In this document: positions 1 to 13,809 of the stretch, in pieces
How the letters are laid out: every line of letters begins with the position of its first letter
Numbering within the stretch: the first letter of the stretch is position 1
Source: Tubiluchus corallicola
Lineage: Eukaryota; Animalia; Priapulida
Assembly (NCBI GenBank): GCA_030141605.1
Contig: JAQGDQ010000404.1
Location: forward strand, 146,952 to 210,951
Direction: 5' to 3'
Length of the DNA: 64,000 bases
Notes under the pieces: generated by a model
Told to the model about the DNA's origin: nothing
The model's input: only the letters and a program-made list of their open reading frames with translations
Database searches by the model: none
Made by a program: the position numbers and the translations under genes

Positions 1-1675
1 CAAGTTCACAGCCGCTATCATTTCAAGAATCCCCTTTTTAGGCTGAAACTGAAAATGAAGTTCTGTGTTACTGTGTGAATCACAGATGGAATGCTATTAC
101 CATTGCCTCGCCGCTATCAGTTGAATCGGTAGTCTTTAATAATAATTTGCAACCTGACCCCCAACCAAATGACTTTAGACCATCAGAAAATCGGTCAAAG
201 TTACGTGTGAAATTTGATGAAGTACTGTACATCAATCACACACGATGTACACACCGCCGCCAACAACAAGTACTCACTCACGAAGAGTTTTTAAAGTGCG
301 TGCAAAGTCTCGCTGGATGTGCAATGTGTGAATTTAGTTTAAATATTTACGTCGCGCGCACGCGCGCGTGTGTGTGTGTGTGACGTCACATAATGGCGAA
401 GTCGGAACAGTATCGCGGGAAACTTGAAATAAAAGAAAGCGGGATTTCTTTTAACGTGCGTACGATATACGCTTAAGGCTGTAATAAACTAATATAATTT
501 TTTAAGTCGATTTTTCTGAAGCCTACTTCATAGACCCCCTTTCTTGTCCTTTCAGTTAGTTGAGCATTCGTGCCCGTACTAATGGGTGACATTTAAACGA
601 AGTTACCGTTGTCGTTGCCTTTACCGCCTCCGCTGCCAAGTATACTGTGACCCAAAAAGGTTGTTGATTACGTAAACGTTTATTTACTGGGAACCTCTTT
701 GACGTGAGCTCTTTAATGTGGCAATCAGAGTCAATGTCAAGATGAACTAGTTTTTTACTGATCCAAGCTGTAGAGTACTGAACTTTAATTTTCAGTGATA
801 TAACTTGAGGGAAATCACTGATGTTTTTCTTCAAATACGCAAAATCCCAGTCTAGTGAAGAATTAATTATATTTACCCAAATCATGCCATGCAGGGCGCA
901 TAAAAACTGAGAGACAAAGTCGAATCGTGTTTTACAGTGTGGGTTTGTTTGTTGATGCTGCCGGTTTAGAGCCTCGTTTAAGATCGAAAAATTGCTAATA
1001 TTGAATTTTTGTGCTAAACAAAAATACACATATTCTTGAATTTGCCGCATTAAGTCACGGAGTATTCTTCTAAACATGGAAATAAACTTTTGTTATAAAT
1101 CGTTCGTTTTATTGTGTTATGACAATTATACTGCATACATAATTTCACTAAATCAGTAGGCCCTATAACCAAAAGTCGGCCCCATTACCTATAATATCTA
1201 TGTTTTCCACCGATATCTATTTCTTAGTACCTGTTCCGTAAACATAATCAGCAAGACGAACACGGGATTGAAGTCTGGCAGTTTGTTTCTACAAATTTCC
1301 TGCGTTTAATTCTCATTTTTTCGTCGTCTTTTCTGGCTAGAAGATTGCAACAATCCCGTATGGAGCCCTGGACCTCTTGACCGCCCACATTACAATAAGA
1401 CCATAATGCTTATTGAGTCATTGGTCCAATCAGGTAAAAGCATAGCCAGGGCATATTATAGCACTGCTCAGAACCCATTGTTCTCCCGTCTCTCCCATAT
1501 ATATACGCATTATATTTTATTCGTGAGATTTAAGCCCTATTTCGTGTATAGCCCTGCACGGAGTGCAACTTAATTAAAACATTTATTTTTTTCTAAATAA
1601 CATAATGCGTGTTCAGTGCTGGTAGTATGACTTGGCTGGCCGTAAAAATTCCAATTATCTAAATATTTTAAACTA

Positions 1676-1856
1676 CAGTAAAATTTCGATATAACGCCTA
1701 GTTTGGGACTGCAGAAAAAGATGGCATTAAGCGAGTTTGGTATTATAATAAGGTGCATGAGTACATACCTGTCTTTGCAAAAATAGACATTTTGTTTGCC
1801 AAAAAACGAGGTTGGCATTACAAAGGGGTTGGGGGCATTATAACGAGGTTTGACTG
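1676..1856. mobile_element. pogo/Tigger-like (Tc1/mariner superfamily) MITE
   Basis: Imperfect terminal inverted repeats TA|CAGTAAAATTTCGATATAACG ... CATTATAACGAGGTTTGACTG|CA. Left TA intact, right TA apparently mutated. No coding capacity. Confidence 0.6.
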
Positions 1857-4800
1857 CATTTGTGAGTAACAAATATGTTAACTTGTTTATCCGATTTCCA
1901 TGACTTTTGTATCTTTGAAATTGTCTGTAATATTTATAGTTGTTAATTGCGTGCATATATACGACTCCGCCGTAACTTGCTGCGTAATCTTACATAATAG
2001 GTTTATTAGCTTACTGGACGTTTCCGCGGAGCGTTATTTGGCGGAACATTATGTCATTAAGTGTGTACAAGACACGAATGCTTGGGTGAATTCTTTGTGC
2101 TAATGCAAGCGATGATTCGTTATCAAAGTTCCAAAGGCACGTTCATCACCGTCCATCTGTCCATCCCCTGCATGCGTAGTATTAAACAGTCCACATGGCT
2201 GGAAAAAGATCGCCTTGATTGATCAAGCAGAATATCACTCGGACACATGGTATTCAAAAGTATATGTTGTATTTTGTAATAATGTTAACAGTTGATAAAA
2301 AAACATGTTAATAATTTTTCGTGTGCAGAATGCAATAACGAAATGGCAGTGTACGAAAAAGAAGAAAAAAACTGAAAAAATTTCATAAATTATTATGCTG
2401 TAGTAACATTATTTATACGCACTTTTTAAATTTTTATTCTAATGGGAAATCCTCAATGTGTATTACATCACTAATGAGACCAGATTAATTTCTAAAACTC
2501 CACGATGAATGAAGATATACAGGGTTCATTATTTGCTGTCAAATGCCGAAAAAAGCTCAAATAGTCAAATAAAATTTATTTGAGATCAAAGTGAGACTAA
2601 CAGAAAAAAATGTGCAAAATCGTTATTGTAGCGCTGAACGATTTTTTGTTTTCAGAGATTCAGCTTTGCACCTGAACTTTGTTGTACCAAAAACGTCCTA
2701 ACCCGTGGCTTTGTTTTTTCTCCTAATTGTAACACGTACTGGTACGTAGTTCTATACAAAAACATCTAATCTTGTTGATTTTTATAGCAATATTTTCATT
2801 AAATTTGGGAGCATTAATGAAAGCATTAATATGTCACGCCGCAATTTAACAGGTGATAAAATTCAGATCATTTGAACTACTGAATCACCTACAGATTCGC
2901 CGGAGATTTTGAGTGCAATTGCCCTAATTCCGGTACAATTACGAAGTTTAGTGAGGCAAATTAAAAGGGGCACTTTTAACGTGACGGGATATATTGAATT
3001 TTAGGGTACGTTCATACTAACGATGCTACCCTACAAATTGCGACTTCTTTCAACCTATAGTAAGGCCCTATAAATTATAAATGAGTGTGAATTGAGTACT
3101 TGAGGAATAGCACAAAATGCGTGAATGCGCAAGGAATAGCTCTAAACGAATACATTTCGGGCGTTTGAAGGCTGAAGCACAAGTTTTACACAGATTTCCA
3201 TACGGTTAATTAGGTAAAACAAACTTTAAAGTGGTTACTTCTGGTTAAAATTGGTTGGGCGCATGGCACAGCCGCCCATGTGCTTATGAATTCAACTTTG
3301 GGTAGCTGTCAGATGGCTTGAGGGCTGCAGAAAATGTTAACATTGGAACATCACGCACTTAGCCATTAACATGTATGTCATGTATGTTATATATTTTGTT
3401 TATTTTATATATAAATATATATTATATATATCTTATATTTGCTGTGATAATGTTTGTCTATCTCCGTTGTCAATAGCTAGAAAATAGTGAGATATAAAAA
3501 TTGCCCAAATTCACTGATATGAGTTATGTAACTACACATCAACACTCTAGTAGGCCTAAGTCTTGGTTCTATTATTACTTCTATCGATCTAGCATTCGAT
3601 AAATAATTTGAGTTTGGATACTAGCCGATTTTGGTCACCATATTGGATGTGGTTGTTGTATTCAAAGTCGAGCCCTAAAACCACCAAACAAACCACCAAA
3701 TAATAAATATATTGGACGATTATGCAGTAGAATATCCAAAAAGTGCTATTTTGGACATCATTTTGGCCGCCATGTGGTGGGGAAGTCACCTAAATTGACA
3801 CTAGCCTACAACCTTCAAGGGGCCATTCCGAGTCATATAGTACACTCACATGTGAGGTTACATTTTATCGTGATAGTCTTGCAGGTTTGCGGATTCATCA
3901 CAATAGATCCTGCAGGCTGCAAAATGTGGACGTGAATAAATAACGCACAGATAAAAACAAAGGCAGATTTTCATCTTTATACATACTATCATATAGATTA
4001 AAATTAGTGTTTCAACCTGCTTGACTCGTTTGATTGTTGCCCTTGCTTGATTTTTTTACTGCTTTTTCTTGTTTAGCTCGTAAAATGTTTAGAATAACTT
4101 TGTGTTCAGTTCACCGAAACATTGTGCACGAGTTCTATATTATGGCCGTGTTGTACTAATTTTAAATTTATCATTTTAGTTAGCTAAAATAATTTTATAG
4201 ATTTTAATAAAATCGAATCTATACAACACCTTCATCTACGGTTTGGTCACTCACTTTTTATGGTTAACATTACCTTGCTAGCAAACACGACGAGGCAATA
4301 TTTACATAACCCGTGAATATTAAAATGGCATTTTATCAAGTATTTTATTTAAAAACACTCCAGTGCTTTTGCACGTTTAAGAACTATACCAGGACAGTGT
4401 AATTACGAACGCTGGCATTAAGCAGCTGCCACTCAGTATTTACGCATTGAGCTCGTTAGGTACTTTCACAACACGTGAGTTCATGCTCTTTTCTCCACAC
4501 AGTGTTAATATTCGTGCAGAAGTTGTGTATTAATTGTGCAGAACAAACAGGAGTCAACTTGACGATGGATATGCTGCAGTCAGGATCAGCAAACATGAGA
4601 TGGGGGAGTCATTGAAATGGCTTCTAGTGCCACTGCACAAGGCCGTTTACAACATTGACATTCAAAGCATTGAATCAGTCCGTTCGAGTTCCTACAAATT
4701 CGTCATTCGCCAAAAAGTGACTTGTTGTACCAAACAAGTTGCGCAATTAAGTCACAGTATTTTTTCAGTGAGATTCATGTTATTTTTAGATTTTAATTTT

Positions 4801-4921
4801 GCAAGTCATTGGCGTGTTTTTTGTATTTTGCTAAATTTTGCTTGCAGTCAGACAATTTTCGAATCCATATTTACTTTTTCAAAAATTTAAACATTGAATG
4901 TTACTCAAAACTATTTAGATA

Positions 4922-4984
4922 CTGCCCTGGATAAGAGTTTTAACAAGGGTTCTGCCCTGGATAAGAGTTTCAAAAAGTGTTCTG
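4922..4984. repeat. 30-bp tandem duplication
   Basis: CTGCCCTGGATAAGAGTTT occurs twice with a 30-nt period. Confidence 0.85.
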
Positions 4985-7725
4985 AAATACACACATCGTG
5001 TTTTGGATTCCTACACCAAAATTCTTATTGTTATTGGTATATTAATCAAACACATTCTTGTTTTAATAGGCGTGGCAGTTCATGAATTTTGTGCAGGGCA
5101 AAGGCGAAAGACAGCAACTATTGGCTGACATTAACTACTTGATTATATTGCAACAGACATTTTAAAAGAACAACTAAATATAGTAAAAATCAATACTTTT
5201 TTTAAAAAAAAGATTCGTCACATTACTTTTATGGTTTCTGCTCCTCCTATTTAAAAAGCCCCAAGATATGATAATTTAAAAGTAAAGGAAAGGAAAGTTC
5301 ATAAGTTGATGAATTTCACACTGACAAAATCACCAAGGTTCCGGGCAGGATCGAGGAACGCCCCATTCGTGCACGGTGTTTTGTCAGAATCACGTTTTGC
5401 ACGTCAAGCACTTTCCTGATCGAATAAATATACACCACTACACCTATCACTGAAACTCAATGTAGAAAACGCGTGATGATAACTAAATGTGTCAGTTATA
5501 CCGATGAAGTGCAATTAAGTTATTTAGTTAGCGTATAGTGATATGTTTAGTCGATCTTCGCAAAGAGCTTCCACGTTTCATCTCATCAGCTATTCTCATC
5601 TTTAGAGAATACCTGTTGGCTTGAATAAGACTGTTAATACGCCTAAGAAAAATAATTTTATTATTGCTTGTAGTGATCACGCAAACCTACCAAATAGTCT
5701 GATTCTACCAGACTGTTCATGTTCACGTATGATTTTGACATGGTGCAGAACTTCTGTAGGTCTACAAATATTAGCGCTAAATTGATTATAGATTAATTCG
5801 CTAAACAAAGGAAAATACTTGTATCTTTACTAACAAGTTATATTGCATTATCATGATTCATAACGCAGTGAATATTAAAATAATCTTATTAATTATTTAG
5901 TTACAATCATCATCCGAATCGTTCAGTAATTGTTATAAAATCGTGGAACTGTGCAGTTTAAAGACAATTCTAGGATAATTCTGTTGATTAATAGTTATCT
6001 GGTTTATGATTCGGAAAAATTCCCTCCCCGGAGTATTATTGCATATACCATCGATTATTCTTTATTATTAAGTGGTCACTAACCCCACAAATTAACAGAA
6101 ACCTGGGCCTAGTCTTGGAGAAACAAGAAATAGAATTGTTTGGGGTGGTCGTGTTCTTAAATAAATAGATTATACATTTTTTTATTTTTACATTTTTGTG
6201 AACTGTCGCAATTATCGTGAATACAGGTATCTCAAAAAGAAAAGAAAAGTTACTATATTTGACATCGGAGGTAAATTAACTACGAAATCCACTTGAAAAG
6301 CAGAATAGTACCGCAAGTGATGCAGCCCTTTTATAGCAAGTTCATGCCTACTCCAATTAGGCATTAGCTCAGATTTTGCATAAATTAGGAGGTGAAAAGA
6401 ACCAAAGTAATTATGCAAAGAACGTCTCAGACTTGTTGACACAATTTTTGTCTACAGTAAAACTCAATTTTAACCGAAACTTAGCCTAAACGAATAGCAG
6501 ACTTGCATGATGGCGACACTGATAACGACTTTAAAACGTTTCTTTCTCAATACATATTATTTCAACCAAAGCCAATTGCCACTTAATGTAGAAAGATGAA
6601 GATATAAACACAGGTCCAGAGAAACAAAATACATACAACTAATTTGCTAACGAAAGACGGCATCTATTGATATCTTGGTGTATTTCTCGGTGAAATTAAT
6701 TTTTCTGCTAGACAAGTTCACAGTTAAGTATCCCCAAGGATAGACCTGCATTCATAAGTTCAAAGTAATCATGTGAGAAGCAGCGGAAAAGCAAGTACTT
6801 TACAAACAAACTGTTGGCGAAAAGGAGTCGGTGACGAGAGGTCCGTCCAAAGATAACAGGTTAATGTAGCAACTGGGGATAATGACATTGATAGTTACGA
6901 TGAAGAATCTTATATTGCTAGAGAAAGTCAACAGTTATTCAGTGCATGATAGTTTACGAGATTCGTACCCTTACTAAAAACTGTTAATTGAAAGAACTTC
7001 TCCTACGTAATAAACACTATTCAGAAATGTCTGTAGAATATTAGGATAATCTAAACTAGAAGACTCTTGGATATACATAGTTACCCTGGAGCTGTGATGT
7101 CACCGACGGAAAGAATTATGAACACAATTAATATAAATGTGGTATTCTTGTTGTGAGACGTGCAAGGTAAAAAAGTCTGTTTGCAACAAAATTGTCTGTC
7201 TGACGCAATATGCCTCAGTCAAAATTTGCCAGCGCGCGGCAGCCTTTGTAGGAAGCAAATTGTATCATGAGTAACTTCAGTAAACCATCAGTAACAATTG
7301 CTTTTTAGCTTCTTAATAAGATGATTTTTGACTTTAAGCAGACTTTATACGCCAATTAACGTCAAAAAAATCTACCCGGAATAACAAATGCCAGTAATCT
7401 CTTTACCTGCGTAACTTAAGCCACTTATCTTTTTAATCTTTTTTGAAGATATACATACTCTCAGCGAAATTCTTATGTAGTGACTGAGTAGTGACTCAGT
7501 GTCATTAGTGACTATGTAGTCTCCATCTTTTTTTACAATGATACTTTATTTTTCTGCTGCATCTCATTTATTATTTTAAAAGTATGCAGCGTTTTAGCAA
7601 AGACGTTTGATTCTTAGCAGAATTGATTATACACAATTGATCTCAAAATCTAATGCAAATGATACCTGTATCTAATTTATACGAAAAATTTCAACATTCA
7701 ACGTTGACACATTCAGCAGACGAAT

Positions 7726-8494
7726 GTAGGAAAGTTTAGCACAAGTAAGTTTGGTACAGGTAATTTTGGCACAGGTAAATTTGGTACTATCATTTTAAGG
7801 TACAAGGAATTTTTGGTACTAGGAAAATCTGGTACGAGGAAAATTTGGTACTAAACGAAAAAGAAAGCATTTCTATATCTCAGTATAAAATAATTGTTTC
7901 AACTAGAAAATAAAGTTTCTTTCAGCAGGGAGGAAATATGGTACTAGGAAAGTTTGATTTATTAAAAAATTCAGCAGAAGTTTTATCCCATCCATGAAGG
8001 AACATTTGAGAATTCGGGGAAAATGTGAAATGTCTCCAACTCACCATGCAAATTTTCCAAAGAGCTCGGTCAATTTGTTTTTTTTCAGGAAAATGATCAC
8101 TTTCTGTGTTTTTGTACAAAAATTGTCAAACTACGATAAGAACATGGCAGTGACGGCTAATGACATCACTGGACAGAAGCGTCCTGCATAAACATAGTTT
8201 GGTTTCCCGTGAGGGCCACAGTATGGAGTGAGAACTGTACTTCTTGATGATGATGATGACGATGACGACGATGATGATGATGACGATTTATGATGATGAT
8301 GATGATGATGATGATGATATTGATGATGATGATGAGGACAACAAAAGCAGCAAGCAAGAACTAACATACAACAAGAATAACAACAACATCAGTAAAAACA
8401 ACAATAGTAACAACTGTAGCAGCAACAACAACAATGACATCCAGAATAATATAACAACAATAATAACAGCAACAAAACGACAAAAGTAACAATA

Positions 8495-8551
<57 letters not shown>

Positions 8552-8948
8552 TACATGTTGATGATGATAATGACGGTGGTGGTGGTAGTAGTAATCACAA
8601 CAAAGGAGCGAGAAAGAAACAGACAAACAACAACAACAATGACAAATAACAAACAGCAGACAAACAAACAAAGAGGAAGCGAAAAAAAACAAAAAAAAAT
8701 GCACCAGCATGAGCCTCTATAACTTGCTCGAGTAGGTTATATAAAATACATTTTCCTAGTACCAAACTTTCTGGGTACTAAACAATCCTAGTACCAAACT
8801 TGTTCTGTACCATTTTTACCTTGTACCATATTTACTTGTATAAAAAATGCCTGACAAAACTTCGTTATTACCATATTTACCAGTACCATATTTTCCTGTA
8901 CTAAACTTACCTGTATCAAACTTACTGGTACCAAACTTACCTCGCACC
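7726..8948. mobile_element. Foldback/MITE-like element with arms of degenerate 15-bp repeats and a microsatellite-filled interior
   Basis: Left arm (~7726-7855) has units like AGGTAAATTTGGTAC. Right arm (~8750-8948) has the reverse-complement units GTACCAAACTTACCT and ends ...CTCGCACC. Confidence 0.6.
8245..8700. repeat. Compound microsatellite (GAT)n/(AAC)n/(AAT)n
   Basis: Long GAT runs at ~8245-8335 and ~8494-8550 with AAC/AAT-rich stretches. These account for the poly-D/M/H/I ORFs in the track. Confidence 0.95.
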
Positions 8949-9099
8949 ACATCAGACACATGAAAGAACAATGAAGTGACATTAATGTTTCTGGTCACCC
9001 AGATGGACACCTCTAAAGCTGTATACAAGTACAAACGATAATTGTGTCGCCTTCTTTGAAAGAGTTGTGGGTGCGCAATATTTTTGCTTGTGCAATGAT

Positions 9100-9300
9100 G
9101 ACGAAGAGCCGCGGCGGCGGCGGCGGCGGCGACGACGATGATGATGATGATGAATTTGTTGTTAATGAATTTGGCAATGGTGATGTTGGTAGTAGTGATG
9201 ATATTGGTGGTGATAGTAATGTGGTGTGGTGATATGGTAGTAGTGGTTGTTGGTGTTGATGATGGTGACAAACAAAGATATTGATGCTGCCATCAGCATC
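9100..9300. repeat. Compound microsatellite (GGC)n(GAT)n(GGT)n
   Basis: GGCGGCGGC...GACGATGATGAT...GGTGGT runs inside the first TMEM26 intron. Confidence 0.85.
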
Positions 9301-9348
9301 ACCAACAATGACGTTGAATATGTTCTGCTGCTGCTGTAACACGCTTAC

Positions 9349-9539
9349 CATTTCCATTCTCGCCCTTCTCTGTAGACGATGGTAAAGAGGCTTTCGATGA
9401 TTAGTCCCAATATAGCCAGAGCCAGTATCCAGAAGAACTCGTCGTCCGTGACGTCAGTTACTCGCCAGATGGAGATGAAGCCATGAAGAGCGAAGATCAC
9501 TCGCACAATCACAGCTTTCATTATCACAAAACACAACAT
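9349..9539 (-). CDS. TMEM26: Transmembrane protein 26, first coding exon (gene continues toward or beyond the window start)
   Basis: MLCFVIMKAVIVRVIFALHGFISIWRVTDVTDDEFFWILALAILGLIIESLFTIVYREGREWKW matches the recalled TMEM26 N-terminus (A..TRLLFLLHSLVGVWRVT....YWLLAL..L...E...T.....G..YKW). Ends at a strong phase-2 donor TG|GTAAGC. Confidence 0.85.
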
Positions 9540-10067
9540 GGTGAATTGTTATAAGTTTGGAAACCGATTTAAAATATAAATATATGCCTTTTCTCAACAG
9601 GTGAAACGTTTGCAGCGCACGTTACATTGCAGCAGGAAGTTTGACGACTCATTCATAGCGTGGGAATTAAATTAGCGTTTACAACTTTTTATGTGCTTTT
9701 GTAAAAATTCAAGCTTTGCATTAATTTTTTCTAATTTTCCGTCGAGTGCGTCCTTATTATGCGCATGCTAATCAGCAATGAGTCGGCCGTTTAATGTACT
9801 AGCTTACATGGGCTTCGCGACTTTACCGCATGCGCAGAAGTAATATCTTGGTCCTGACCTTAGTTCAAAAACTAGTTACCAAAATATGAGAAGGCAATTT
9901 ACTCGTCTTGTTGCTCGCTTTAGACGCCATTTTAGATGTTCTATTTTTACAATTACAATTACAATATCTTTATTATCTATTTTCACAAAATGAAACGTTA
10001 GCAGACATGCTGAATGACATTCAAAACCAGACAGCGACCTAATGAGAAACTGAGGCTAAAAATAGGA

Positions 10068-10352
10068 CATATGCATACGGGCCGATTTTTCCAGAGAGGC
10101 TGAGCCACTTTTGCCCGAAAAATTCATGCAGAGTAAACTTCGTGTCGAAAATTACCTCACCCCACCCCATAATAAAAAAATGCCCGGATTTCGGGTACTT
10201 CATTTGGCGGCATGGAGAAATTTCGAGATTTCCATTCATAAAAATATTATTTTATTTTTTCATCATTTGTCCTGTGCCCGAAAAAAATGTGTTTGCCCTG
10301 AGGGGGGCTGCAGCAGCCTTCTCAGCCCCACCCCCTGGCTCGCACGTCTAAG
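10068..10352. mobile_element. Small MITE with decayed terminal inverted repeats
   Basis: Ends CATATGCATACGGGCC ... GGCTCGCACGTCTAAG, with internal TGCCCGAAAA repeats. Confidence 0.45.
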
Positions 10353-12640
10353 GAATAGGACTCCACACAGGTTTATCCTACAGTACAATACTGTTAGGAA
10401 AATCAGAAAATTCCCGCCACTTCTTACGTCAGAAAATTTTTAGGACCCTACTCATCAGGTAATCTAAACGTGTGTGTTAGACATTTTTGTTTGAGTCGCT
10501 TATTAACTGAAACGAAATATTTATCAAAGTTACACTTTTAGAAAACTACTTTTTGCAGTTTTTAGTCAAAACCGAATTCATGTTGAATCTGGTAGGATGG
10601 GCCACATTCAAAAATTATAAAGCGTATGTCCATTTGCAATAAATTTGTAAGTTTTTTCTGACTCATATTTTTGCAACTAATAATATATAGTATAAGCTTG
10701 AAATAAATGGACGATAATTAGTGAAATGGTAATAAAATAGTAAAATGCTTACTAGTTTAGTTATTTTGGCTTTAAAACTGCATTGGTGGCGGCATTTTCA
10801 GACAAAAAGACCCCTTGAATAACTCTTGCTACATTAGATCCTATGCAATATAAGCCTAAGCTGGTAATACATTTTTGCCATGTAACAATATGTTTCCTAG
10901 CTGAAATATTTTAACTTTAAAGGAGCATTAGTAGACATTTTGAAACAAAGTGACTATAAATGACCTTGAAATATTGTTTTTCTGTTAGACCACACACAGT
11001 TTTAGGGAAATGCATATTTGTCGCCTTAAATGTTACCTACTTGAATTATTTTGACCTTAATACTGCAGTGGCGGCCATTTAGAAACAAAATGACTTTGAA
11101 TGGTCTTTCACGTAGTTGATCAATATTACAAGCTAAGAAAAAAATTATGCAATTGTCATTGCACACTTATAACTTGATCTCAATATTATACTCATAAATA
11201 TCAAAACAACGAAATTCATAAACGTAAGGCAAGCTGATTTATTCAAAGGGACCAAAATAAATAAATTTGAACTTGTAAACATCATACCACGGCCATCTAA
11301 TACAGACGTCATCTGGACTGTAATTTTTACTATTTGCAAGCAGCAGCAGTTATTTACAAAAAGGCTGATTCACATTAAGTAACTTTGTAAACGAGGGGAA
11401 ATTATATTGCGATATTGCCATAAATAATAATTCAGAAGGAATAAACGAAAAAAATACACAACCTAGTACACCTGAATTGAGAGAGCAACCAACTGCTGCT
11501 AACAGATGCACTGAAGTCCTATTTTAAGTTTTAAGGTGAACAGTTCAAGAAAAAGGCAAATTGTGAAATTAGCTTATTAGAGCATAAGGTAAGCCTGTTA
11601 CATCATTCGATGGGCGAAGCTGTAAGTGTCTGCGTATTGGTTGTTCTTGTTTAACCTTAGTCTATTCTTCATTTTTCTGCTCTTGTGTGGTTTGACAAAT
11701 TCACTTGATGTGTTTGAGAACTTTGATGGTGTTTCTGCTTTAAAATTTAGAATGAAGTACCAGTGTCGTTGTTGCTGTACTGCTGGATGTTGGTGCTGCT
11801 CTAAATTACAACTTTTCTTGCTGCTTTTATATACATTTGCAGCATCTTCACATTTTAACGCAAAGTAAATTTCACACTCGTGTTTTCAGGTTGTACGTAA
11901 GGCAAGAATACACTTACCCACTTTCTTAATATTAGAACTGGCCTTAGTTAGGCAACGATAGGAAGAATTGGATGACATTTCCCTTTAGCTGAATGACTCC
12001 AGTTAGTTTAAACAAATATTTTTATTTGAAGAAAAGATTACAACCACATATGCATAAGTAATAAATACAAACGTAATGATTCAAATACTGGTTTGCTAAC
12101 AAGAAGAACCTATTTTAAAGCCTTTCAGAGCGAAAATGTATCAGTTATACAAATTCCGAACCTAGACAATCAGAAAAGTAGTTATTCAGCTAAAAATGAA
12201 ACAAGAATAGTTATGTAACTTGTTGTTAAGTGAGTGGGTGAATGAAAGGATGGGACAAATTAGTTATAATCTGTTCGATGTTGATGTAAGTCTGTAAGAA
12301 TAGAATGAACGAAGGAAAGACTAATGAAAGAAGTCTGAAGAGAGATGGTGATCACGGGAACGCAAGAGCATAAATAATTTGCTCTGTAGGGTAGGATTCA
12401 AAGAGTTTAATAGAGAAAAATTAATTTTGTTCATTAAAGCGCCCACTATACGTAATGAAAAAAAGACGGCAGATACTCTAGCATAGTTACATTCGAGAGA
12501 AAGTGAGGTATCACATAGTACTATTTGGATATTATTCTGAGTGAATGCGTTTAAAGAAAAATTGCACTGGGTACGGATTTGTCGGTAAAGTGGGCCAGTA
12601 GAGTAGAAAATGGTTAGGATCTTCATAGAGGGGACCACAA

Positions 12641-13400
12641 GATCATCATCATCATCATTCCAATGTATCATACGTCCAGGGACATGATTCTGTTCACCTC
12701 CCTATACCAGGACTTCCTACTCGCTGCAACGCCCTAAGTGCATTTATCTCTAAGGATCAGTGCTGAAGTGTTTAAATCTTTCTGTGCAAAATCCAATTAT
12801 ATTAACATTTGTCTTCCTGCAGGTTTTTTGGTTGGTTCTATGGCTTGTTGAAGAGGTCTTCACTGGATTGTCATCAGATAGTCTAAGCATATGCCCAATT
12901 CATCTTAGACGACGTCTTTTTATTTTTCTTGTCCAAGGTTCTTCTTTTATTTTTTTATTATATATCTTTATTTGAGATTTTCTTTGGCCACCTGTTACCC
13001 AAAATGTTTCTGTAATTTCGTCTTTGAAACGCATCGATTTCAGTCCAAAAATAAATCTTCCTATTCTCAAAAACTTTTGTGAGTTTTGAATAAGCTGATA
13101 ATGGCATTATCTTCCGTCTTGATATGTCATCTTCTGTTGCTACCGAGATACTTGCATTTTTCCATGATTCATCATGGCGTGTTATGTGAACTCTTCAGTT
13201 TTATTTTTGTTTACTTCGACATCCATTCTTTTCAGTTTTTCTTCTAATGAGTGTTTTATTTCATCTAATTCTTCTTTGTTTCTTGTAATCCATGCCACAT
13301 CATCAGCATACTGCGTAGGCATAGTGGTTGACATAGTTTGTAGAGAGCTGTAACTGTGTTCTTGTCTTACTTCATTTGGTATTAATTCAGGATCAAACAT
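12641..13400 (-). mobile_element. Decayed RTE-like non-LTR retrotransposon, 3' fragment
   Basis: Translation gives QYADDVAWI (RT YADD), VNKNKTEEF and GHMLRL-like segments with stops and frameshifts. (GAT)n 3' tail at ~12641-12658. Confidence 0.7.
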
Positions 13401-13809
13401 TTCAAGTGCAATGTGACTGCCGTCAGGTCACTTCCTATTTTAGTAGCAGGTCTCCATAATTTCCTGGCAGCATTCTTAATAAGTCCTGGCTGATTTAGTT
13501 TCACAAGCAGTTACTGTATCTCTGTTGCTGACAGAGATTTAACTGCAACAGAATGGACGTATTACTTGAAGTTCATTGCGACATCGAAGAACACAAAATC
13601 ATGTTCCCCAATAATGAATGTGGCTTATGGCTAGCTGATGAAAGACGATTGTCTGCATGAATTGCTGATTATGGAAACTGGCGCGTGCTATGTGATATCC
13701 ACATTTTTTATAATTTCCATGCGTTTTACAAACTACCATTGAGTAACTTAAATTAATTTAATTAAAATTTCTTTAACTCCTTTGTATTTCGTAAATAATA
13801 CATTTGTAT

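Noticed and set aside
556-1077. 173-aa minus-strand ORF
   Set aside because: No recognisable motif and AT-biased composition; likely a chance ORF in repeat-derived DNA.
7083-7180. Possible hydrophobic exon (TTFILIVFIILSVGDITAP) with a donor on the minus strand
   Set aside because: No in-frame start codon, no recognisable family and no partner exon found.
7726-7855. CRISPR-like appearance of regularly spaced repeats (also 8750-8948 and 45733-45985)
   Set aside because: Units are contiguous degenerate 15-mers without unique spacers, no cas genes are present, and the context is eukaryotic.
8131-9357. Many ORFs with poly-H/D/M/I/S tracts
   Set aside because: They are translations of triplet microsatellites in all frames, with no splice or domain evidence.
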